Assembly: GCA_951406725.2 (NCBI GenBank)
Contig: OX597832.1
Coordinates: forward strand, 13,268,001 to 13,332,000
DNA length: 64,000 nucleotides
From: Octopus vulgaris
Taxonomy: Eukaryota
Reading direction: 5' to 3'
The stretch's first letter is position 1. The number at the start of each line of letters is the position of its first letter. The notes below the pieces were generated by a model. That model was given only the letters and a program-made list of their open reading frames with translations, did not search any database and was not told the origin of the DNA. This document shows positions 53,473 to 64,000 of the stretch, in pieces. The translations under genes were made by a program, and so were the position numbers.

Positions 53473-55290
53473 TACACAGCAACAATAATTATAATAAATA
53501 TGATTCACATTTAGAGCCTATAACATTTTAATATTACTCGGAGCACAGTGGAGCCGTTCGAAGAATAAAATGACAAATTTCGATACGGATTTTAAACAGT
53601 ATTTCTACACGACTCTCACCTATCGAGCATCTAAGTACAAAGGTCAGGACAGAAACGATTCGAGAAGCAATAACGGTATACCATTCACGCCGTATTAGGG
53701 TCGTCTTTGCAACAACAGATCTAAATTATGGAATGGTATCACGTTTTAACACTAAGTGTATAAAGACCATCAGCGTTCTTTGTCTGTTATTTTACTGATT
53801 CCGCATATCAAATGATGTTCTTACGAATATTAATGTGAGGTACATCTCCAGGGATGGTTGCAGATAGTTGAAGTAATCAGTTTTGTCAACTGCTGCTTTA
53901 TCAATTTTTAGAAGCTAATAGCTTCAATAAGCATGCTTCACGGTTATTCACGACCAACTTATTTATAGATGTTTCTTATAAACTGTTTTATGTATATATT
54001 CGAATATCAAATATGTAATTCATACACCTTGTAGTACATGAAACTCTTCAATTTTCTATGGTCAGTTTTGAATCTAGTGACATCCTCTTCGAAGCATCGA
54101 GCTGAGTCCTGCAACTGATGCTTATTGAGATAAAGCAAATAAGAAACATTCATTTCAGATTTTTAAAAGGACACGAGATTGTGGTTTAAACCTCGCGCAC
54201 ACTAAATCAAGTAATCTTTCGATCAGGCAATTTGCAGATCAAATCAATTTCATACTTGATATACTTTCATATTTATAACTCGATCTTTCGCCTCACGACT
54301 GTGGTTTTTCATGTGTTCCTTTCTTAAAAACCAGAAAATGTTTTGAATGTATCAATATAATAACGATGAACCTTTTAATAACTTCGAATACTATTCATTT
54401 TCCTTTGCTATTGACTTAATTTTGCACAACGTTTTTCACATGCAACACAATGACAGTGAACACGCTTTCTAAACATGACTAAACTTTACTATAGACATCA
54501 TTGAAGAAAGGTGTCAAAGCTAAAAATATTCGCCCGAGAAAATAAATGGAAATGTCGTGGGCTCACTACTTTATGGAATTAATAGGAAACTGAACTTTCC
54601 AACATAGAATATAAATAGAGAAGATTTTTAAAATATTGATGCTTTTAGTATTGATGCTTTTACCACAAACTGCTATTAACGTACCCAAAGGCATCCTTCG
54701 CTTCTTAGTGAAAACTTTCAATTATAGCCTTCTGTCCACGGTTAATTCGGGAAGCCTAATTAAGCTGCAGTAAACTCTGCTGGTATTTAATCCAGCTATC
54801 TATATATTAACTGATTCAAAAGTTGTTTGATAATAAAGATATTATTTGTCACACCAAAGAAGATTAAAGGACACACTAAAAGTGTTGCAATATTCCACAC
54901 AATAACTATTTATATAAAAAATGAAGTGTAAGGCCATTACACTTTCCAGCAATACAACACACACACGCACACCTGTTGTGCGATTCTTTAGCGAGTTTGC
55001 TGAGAAGATACTGATAGCAAATTAATTCATTAGGTTTGTAATAGTGAAACTCGAGCATAGGATTGACTAATTTTTTATTCACACTGGTGCCTATTAGCAG
55101 CGTGATTTAAGAATTCCTTTTTTTGTAGCAGTATGGTAAGGAGCTGGTTCCCGAACCACAATGGTTCAGGGATCAGTCCCACTGTTTGGTACCTTTGACA
55201 AGTGTCTTCTTATATAGCACGGGACTGATCAAAGCCTTGGAAGTACGTCGTATACATACATACATACATACATACATACTACATACATAC

Positions 55291-55392
<102 letters not shown>

Positions 55393-55599
55393 AGAATTCC
55401 ATTTTTCGTGGTTTGGGTTTAACTGCCCTATTTAGAATGTGAGAAGTCCTGTCAAAGTACTCCTCTCTGTGTATAAATATTTATACTCTCTTATATACTT
55501 TATTGTACGTCTTATGATTCTTAATAAGCTTGCGAACCGCTGGTAATAATTTTTTATTTTTTTCTAAACATATGCAGTAAAATTTTTCAATTCTGAGAG

Positions 55600-57245
55600 A
55601 ATGAAGTACACATATGTCTTGCAAACAACTTGTACATGCAAGTGCTACCAGTCAAAAACTCCGCATACCGGAGGCCAGCGAGTGTATGTGGTCATCAGGA
55701 GAGAATGCGCGCCGTTTCGAAACCTACCTCTCGACGGCACCAATGCGCACCGGCCCCCCTCACTGATATGAGGCCCGTTTGCTAGATCAGCTGGTTATGA
55801 AGTTAAGCTCAATATCCTTCTAGCCATCGCTCATCGTCACTTTTGAACCAAATCCAGTGGTTAGCCTTCTCCACTGTAGATTGGATATCGGTCATGGCGG
55901 TATTTACTTTACGATGACTTAGACCTAGTGATAACAACAGTCGTCTCAAACTGTGTCCAACGAACCCTCTACACCCGACTTCGATTGGAAAATGTTCTGC
56001 TTTCCAGCCTGCATCTTCACATTCCTCGAGGAGGTTCATATAATGGTTAAAGTTTCGAGCCCGAGCGGCGTCCATATTATATTCAGGAGGAACCGTTAAT
56101 TCGACTATATTTACAACTTTCCTTCTTTCACACCACATCAAAATATCTGGATTTTTCGTAATTGGGATGGGAAAGAATCCCTGGCACCCAGGTAAATCTG
56201 CAGTCACCTCCCATTAGCCGTTCCACTTTTAATTTTTCGCAGGAAGTTTCTTGGTCTTCTTCTTGAAACGGATCTGCTGACCGGGTCGCACGAAGGTAAC
56301 GAAATCTCTAGATAGTACTTTTAACGGTTTTTTTCTCAGTGTTGTTGAGATGAATTTGGTTCTTTATAGCATTGAAGATAACCTTAAGGACCAAGTTGTG
56401 TCTCCATGTATACCTGTTCAATGCTAATGAAGAGTTGGAAAGAATATGTTTCAGTGTTCCGACCCTGCCACATTTGCAGATGTCATTCTCTGAGACTTTC
56501 CATCTTACTAGATTCGTAGGTGATGGCAAGACATCATAAGATGAACGAATCAGGAAACTCAGCCGAGATGTCATCCACCTCCATATCTCATCCCAACTTA
56601 TTTTCCTCTCAACATGTTCTTTCCATCTCGTCATCTTACCTTGATGAAAACATCGGATCAAATGAAGCTCTCTTCTCTCTGCTTCTCTCGTTTTGACGCC
56701 GTTGCTAATAACATATCTGCGTTCACTCCGTATCATGCTTGCAAACGGTCTGAACTGATCTGCGCCAAAACCAAGTCCTTTCCGATGGTTCTGCGTTGCA
56801 CCCGCTATATATCTGTTTATAAGACAATACAAGATGTCGTCAGTTTCTGCTTCTGCTTTCACTTCCTGGCTGTTTTCACCTCTGGAGGGTTACGCCTGAT
56901 TTCCATATTCTTCGATTCTCTCAGCATCATCATCGTCCGTATCTTCCCTAGTTTATATATTTCGACTATTGACGCTAGTGGTAGCTGCAACGAACCTCTT
57001 TTACGATAAAGAACTGAACTCTTCAACATATGAGGTAGGCCTAGTCACTTACTAATGAACGCATTACAGTTTTGCTCAATGATGTGAACTCGTGATAAGG
57101 CCACCTCGTATATTAAAAGTGACCACACAAGTCGCGGGTACAAGCCGAACTGCAAGCACCAAATTTTATAGTTACCTGGTAACTTCGAGTGATCAATCGC
57201 TGATAATCCAGCCTCGGCCTGTTTCATAATTTCAATCTTCTGTCT
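55600..57245 (-). mobile_element. 5'-truncated HERO-type (NeSL/R2 group) non-LTR retrotransposon: RT C-terminus, Zn knuckle, restriction-like endonuclease, 3' UTR
   Basis: IDHSKLPGNYKIWCLQFGLYPRLVW; RSSYDVLPSPTNLVRW..CKCGRVGTLKHILS..RYTWRHN; PDILMW..IVELTVP..PIEVGCRGF; frameshifted. The 3' boundary is approximate. Confidence 0.9.
55688..55750 (-). ncRNA. Non-circularly permuted hammerhead-like motif in the LINE 3' UTR
   Basis: Minus strand: GTGCCG TC GAGAG gtaggtttc GAAA CGGCGC gcatt CTCTC CTGATGA CCAC. Confidence 0.65.
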
Positions 57246-57395
57246 GGAAATTTACGGCTGAGGTATTTTGACTATCCTCACGAACTAAGATTGAATCCAA
57301 AATGTGTAGAGATGGAGCTATCTCGTTCAAATGATTGAAACTACACTCATCCCAAACAAACAGCAGCTAGAGATGCTAAAACTGTCGACAGAATA

Positions 57396-57762
57396 TCTCT
57401 CTCTATATAAACGGCAGTTTGTCTGTGCGTGTTTCTGTGTGTCTGTTTGCTTGTACCCTCACCCTGACCACGGCTTTCAACCGATTCTGATGAAACTTGA
57501 CACACACATAGCCCAATGTCATAATTCAAAACTAACGCAGCGAAAATTTTGAAAAGTTCCCCCAGTTCTGAAAAAAAATCGATAAATTCGACATGGGGTC
57601 GAGAATCAGAAACACAAACCGTCTAGGTGACGCAACTCCACCTTTTTTTACTCTCAAAAAAAATTTACCATCATTTTTTTCCATTTTTTGGCTATAACTC
57701 TCTAAAAATGCTTTATAGTTATTTCCCTTACAAACCTGAGCAACGCCGGGCGATACTGCTAG
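57396..57762 (+). mobile_element. Non-autonomous Helitron-like element, copy 2
   Basis: Near-identical to 792-1177; A|TC ... CTAG|T. Confidence 0.8.
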
Positions 57763-58147
57763 TATCTAATAAGTCTAATTGCGTACATGCAAAGAACCGA
57801 ATATTTGCGGTTTTACAATACCAGTGTATGTGACGCCTTAGATTTTTAATGTATGTAAATGTTTTCCGACCTTGAAAATATGAAGCCAGAGGCAGTAGTA
57901 GCGATTCTGCTGTGAGGCCGCATTGCGAGACTACATCAAAGCTCTGATCAAAATATCATGCGCTGCAACTCTCGTGCTTGAGATGATGGTCTATGCGTTC
58001 ATAGATTTAAGACAAGTGAAGGCGACGAACTAGCAGATTCGTTACCAAGTTGGACAAGTTGTTTTACTTTCAAAGTTCAAATTCCGCTGCGTTGAACATT
58101 GCTGTAATCGACTCCTCGCTTCTCTCAAAATACCTGGCACTCTTTTG

Positions 58148-58295
58148 CTCTTTTACTCTTTTACTTGTTTCAGTCATTTGACTGCGGCCATGCTGGAGCA
58201 CTACTTTTAGTCGAGCAAATCGACCCCGGGACTTATTCTTTGTAAGCCCAGTACTTATTCTATCGGTCTCTTTTGCCGAACCGCTAAGTGACGGT
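58148..58295 (-). mobile_element. SINE family A, 3' fragment
   Basis: (CTCTTTTA)n tail and body match the family. Confidence 0.85.
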
Positions 58296-58795
58296 ACTGT
58301 GCAGAAATTACAAAGGATATATATTACACAACTTTCTGGAATGATGTAGCATTCAAAATTTGGTGGATTTTGTCAATTCAGGCCATACACTATGCGAATA
58401 TTATAAATCAAATTTTCCAAAAAAGAATTTGGCTACTGTTTCTCGCATTATATTCAACAACATGACTATGCTCTGCTGGTTTGTTTAAATTGAGGATACT
58501 ACTTTCAAACAAAATTAGGTTATTTGTACTTGTGTTATTATATATTTTTCGTATTATGTGCTTTTTTCTTAGACTCTTTTATAAACTCTAATCCAAATAG
58601 AGTTAAAACTTATATGCTTTCATAAACATTATTGTGTCTATTTCAGCGTTTTCTCCACATATTTAAATTCAATTGTATATCGATTTTTTTGTATTTTCTT
58701 GTTTTCATGGCACTTTTGAGATTTTTATGTTATCTTACTCTTTTTGTTTCTTTGGAGCTTAATATTATCTATGTACCTTACTAAGTATACCAGAT

Positions 58796-58849
<54 letters not shown>

Positions 58850-59370
58850 CCACGCACACACACACACATAAACACACACACATATGTATATTTATATTTA
58901 CGGTCAACAACGAAAATCAAACACTCGTATATTTCCATTAGTATATTCGGTCCATTTTTTCTTTCATATTGTCCAGACGTAAACACGTATCCGCACACAA
59001 TTCTATACACACACACACACATACACATATACACATACAAACACACCCACACTCACACATACACACGCAAAAAATGCACATACACCCATTCTTACGAAAG
59101 TCTTGATGGGAATATGGACGTAGGTAAATAAAAATATTTTGTATGTATACAAATATCTACACATTGACAAGCGTACACATACACATACACAGACACACAC
59201 TAGAACACACGCACATATATACGGAAAGAGAGAAGGTGAGAGAGAGAGTCAGTACGAGAGAGATATAATAACGACGAACTGTGTTCATATATGCAGTTCC
59301 ATACAACACATAGTTATACATATACGCATGCATATATACATCAATATATATATATATATATTTAATTATA

Positions 59371-59458
<88 letters not shown>

Positions 59459-59491
59459 TTTGTATATTTATAAATATATACATATATGTAC

Positions 59492-59531
<40 letters not shown>

Positions 59532-59872
59532 ATTTATATACAGAGACACACAGACACAGACGCGTATAAATAATTATATATACAGTGCACTGTAATAGAT
59601 TTTTCCTATTCTCTCTTTTTTTTCTATTATCTTCTATTCATTTATATATTTTCTTGCGATAATGGCATTACTATAAAAGAAAGTCTCGGCTTAGCTATTC
59701 TTCCAAGCCAATGAGTTTTGTCATTTCGATACCAAGTGTTTCATAAAACGTTTTGTTGATTTCGTAATAGACTAAATTCTCTTCTAATGTTTTGTTAGTT
59801 TTGTTGATGAGGTTATTTTTGGTGTTTCCGCCTGTCATCTTTCGCGTTATATGTTGTAGATTGCCTTCATGC

Positions 59873-59936
<64 letters not shown>

Positions 59937-60034
59937 ATTGTGTATATTTATATATATGTGTGTGTGTGTACATATTTATATATATATATGTATGTATATA
60001 TATATATATATGTGTGTGTATGTGTGTACATATG

Positions 60035-60095
<61 letters not shown>

Positions 60096-60164
60096 ACATA
60101 TACATATGTGCATTTATAAATATATTTATATTCATGTATACATGTGTCGTGTCTATATATATAA

Positions 60165-60224
<60 letters not shown>

Positions 60225-60842
60225 GTATATGGTATTTTTCCGACATGCTCATCAGTTATGGTGTAAATGATACAAACATTATATATTTAATGCGTCTTGT
60301 TTATCCTTCCATGTGTATGTACGTGAAGAGTTCTATATCATTATGCGTACTTGAACGTGCTTGTTTGCTTGTAGGCGTCTATCTCTCTCTCTCTCAACGC
60401 ATATGAGACACTCTGTATACGTATATGTTTTTTCTGTATGTTTACGAATGTGAACGACTCTATGCGTGTGCGTTTGCTTATAAGCCTTACTGTAGGTGAG
60501 TGTCTGTGTATATGTGAGTGTACACGCACGTGCATCTATAGTTTCCGGCTGTAATGTATTCGAAACCTGCAAGATTGAACTGTTGTTCAACTTATTTATT
60601 GACGCTTCGATAACACTATTACAATCGTAGCTCATTTTATTCTTAATTTTCTGCTTTGGTAACTTCACGTCCTTTGTTACTTCTTTTTATTCAACTGTTT
60701 CCACAATGCTTTCTATAACTTTTTACTCATGCATATCTTCTTTTCACTCTTCTTTCTATTATTTTTCTCCTTTTCTTACTCTTCTTACTCTCTCCCTCTC
60801 ATACAGTCGTCTCTTTCACCATTTCCGTGATATATACATATA

Positions 60843-60937
<95 letters not shown>

Positions 60938-62629
60938 GTATATATGTATGTAGGTGTGTATATGCCACTCTATGAAATTTACTCGTTCTCCTTTCCTCAC
61001 TCTCACCGTCTCTATATTTCTCCCTAACTTTTTCCCTTGCGATTCTCTCTTTCATTTTCTCTTTGTCTCTCTGTCTCTAACCGTCTCCTTCCTTCTCTTT
61101 TCCTTATTTCCATTCTCTCTCTCTCTCTCTCCCCCTCTTTCTAAACCAAATATATCTCTCTACTCCAAATTTCTCCACATCCTTAGGTACCTCTGCTCTT
61201 CTCTCTACATGTAATAACATTTGCCCCCACTCTTTTTATTTTTTTTTACTCTATATCTGATTCATGCCCCACTTTTTTAATTCTTTATATAATTCTTTAA
61301 TATGTTTACATCAAGATGTTTTCTTCATGTTTTCGAAATAAAGCAAACAATACTTTTTTACGTTCTTTTCTTGCTTTATTCATCATTTCCTCTAGTCATC
61401 CCCTTCCTACTCTATATCTCATTCTGACTTGTTCATTTTCGTTTTTTCTTCCTCTTCTCTTATCATCTGTCCCGTCTACACATCCATCTCTATCTCTGTT
61501 TACTCTCCGTTTTAACCTTTCATTTGTTTCTCATTTTTCATTCTCTATTCTTTTTTTTTTATCACACACTGATTTGTCGCTATTGTCTTTGTGCATTGAC
61601 TCTCCGTAACGCTATCTTATCCTTTCTACATCTGCCAGTCCGTTTATTTTTTTTAATTAATTTTTTTCTAACTACATTTCTTACTTCCGTCTTTCCTGAG
61701 CTACATTCTTTTTTTAATTTTTTTATGTCTCTTTTTATCATATTTTTTTCCTTTCTCTCTCTTTTTTTTCTTCTTTTGTCTGTGTTTACGAATCGATGAA
61801 AACCATGGAAGGAAATATGAATCTGATAATCGTTTTAGATGGAATTTACAAAATTTAAAACAATTGACATTAAAAGTTAAATAAGTTTCATTATATTTCA
61901 ATAACTTCCATGCTTGGTCAAACTATTTTTTTTTTCATTGAATTTAATATTTTAATTTTATTTAAGTTTTCGCAAATTTTATACAAATAAACGAAGTAAA
62001 TCTTATGTATTTAATTGTTTTAATTCAAAATTTGTGGAGAATTTTATGTGAAATTTTTTTTTTTTTATGCATTAAGTTTAACATTTATTTTTATCTAAAA
62101 CACACAAGGAAAAATATCGCTGTTTTGCTATTTGTCACTCGCCGAGATTTGAAATAAATATACATTTCACAAATCTGTAAAGGAAGAGAGCAAATAAAAC
62201 AATGAAGTCAATTTACGTGCTTCTTAACAATGGTAATTCTATGAAAAGCTTCTTTATAAGTTTTGGTTAACTATGCTCTTTCAGGTAATAACTTAATTTC
62301 GTACAATTAGAATTTAATCCGACACGGCTTAATAAACTGTGCACATCTCATATTTACTTAAGCAAAGAGATTATACATATAAACTTATACTTAACTTTGT
62401 ACACATTGCAAACGATTATAGCATTTAATCAGGATTATGGAATGGTAATAACAATTTTAGACTCAACAATAAAATTACCTTGATAAAATGTAGAAATTAA
62501 CTCAAATATAAAATCAGGCGATTCCTCAGTTTATAATTCTAACATATAGCACTATTAGGCACCGCACACTTACTATGTAAAACACCTTCAATACGGTAAA
62601 TATAAGAGTACAATAAACCAAAGCTCATA

Positions 62630-63283
62630 ATTTTCTACTCTAGGCACAACGCCCGGAAATTTGTATGTATGCATGTATTTGTGTAAGTATGTATGTATGT
62701 ATGTATGTATGTATGTATATGCCACTTTTTTGGAGAGGATGCCAGTCGATTGGATTGAATCCAGTATGCAACTGGTATTTAATCTATCGACCCCGAAATG
62801 ATGAAAGGTAAAATCGACCTCCGCGGAACTTGAACAAAGAATGTGAAGACAGACGAAATACCTATTTCTTTACTACCCACAACGGGCTAAACACAGAGAG
62901 GACAAACAAGGACAGACAAACGGATTAAGTCGATTATATCGACCCCCAGTGCGTAACTGGTACTTAATTTATCGGCCCCGATGGGATGAAAGGTAAAGTC
63001 TACCTCGGCGGAATTTGTACTCAGAGCGTTACGGCAGACGAAATACCTATTTCTTTACTTCCTACAAGGGGTTAAACACAGAGAGGAAAACAAGGACAGA
63101 CAAACGGATTAAGTCGATTATATCGACTCCCAGCGCGTAACTGGTACTTTATTTATCGACCCCGAATGGATGAAAGGCAAAGTCGACCCCGGCGGAATTT
63201 GAACTCAGAACGTAATGGCAAACGAAATACCATTACGCTTTTCGCCCGGACTGCTAACGTTTCTACCAACTTGTTGCCTTAAC
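62630..63283 (-). mobile_element. SINE family B trimer within one 15-bp TSD
   Basis: AAACCAAAGCTCATA at 62615-62629 and 63284-63298; three core units. Confidence 0.9.
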
Positions 63284-63385
63284 AAACCAAAGCTCATACC
63301 CAAGGTACATTGGGTATGTGCTTGGAAGTGCAGTGAAAGCACGTTTTAGAGATAAAACTACTGAACAATAACAACAATGATAATA

Positions 63386-63417
<32 letters not shown>

Positions 63418-63479
63418 AAAAATAACAACAACGACAATAATAATAATTACAACGATGATAATGTTAATAATAATCGATT

Positions 63480-63776
63480 CTACTATAGACACAAGGCCTG
63501 GAACTTGGGGGAGGGGCTAAATTGATTACATCGACACCAGTGTTTCACTGTTACTTTAGTTTAAATTTTATCACAAGTGCAGCAGTTTTTTGGGGGTGGA
63601 GAGAATGAGTAGATTCTATAGACCCTAGTGTTCAACTGGTAATTATTTTATTGATCCCGAAACGATGAAAGGCAAAGTCAGACTTGGCAGAATTTGAACT
63701 CAGAAGATAGCGACGAGCGAAATACCACTAAGCATTTCGTCCAGCGCGCCATCGATTCTGATATCTCGCCGCCTTA
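63480..63776 (-). mobile_element. SINE family B, diverged copies
   Basis: Core and head motifs present. Confidence 0.75.
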
Positions 63777-63947
<171 letters not shown>

Positions 63948-64000
63948 GTTACTTTTTTTGCCGCAAGGGTCCAAGACCTGGAGGACAATATCGAAGGACG

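Noticed and set aside
59678-59790. Hammerhead-like fragments in a TA-flanked insert (GGCTTGG/CTAAGCC then GAGA; TAGAAGA..GAAA)
   Set aside because: Too many core mismatches to support from this copy alone.

Overview
AT-rich eukaryotic intergenic or intronic DNA. It is very probably cephalopod (Octopus-type); this is inferred from the SINE families and the extreme (TA)n/(CA)n load. No host protein-coding exon is recognisable, and most long 'ORFs' in the track are microsatellite artefacts. The window is a patchwork of: three tRNA-derived SINE families; decayed LINEs (HERO-type with an RLE domain, RTE, CR1-like); Penelope-like element (PLE) remnants (RT and GIY-YIG); mariner/Tc1 fragments; a MITE; two non-autonomous Helitron-like copies; and many microsatellites. 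The unexpected layer is self-cleaving RNA. Around ten hammerhead ribozyme (HHR) motifs from several unrelated sequence families are visible. They include minimal type I HHRs with palindromic stem III, some in inverted pairs, and a 583-bp-period HHR tandem inside (TA)n that resembles a retrozyme or PLE pLTR. The most striking is a hammerhead whose three strands occur in a non-circularly permuted order in the 3' UTR of the HERO-type LINE (55688-55750, minus strand). Other notable items are SINE multimers enclosed by a single TSD pair and a possible degenerate HDV-like ribozyme at the RTE 5' end. All structures were read by eye; no folding or database search was run.
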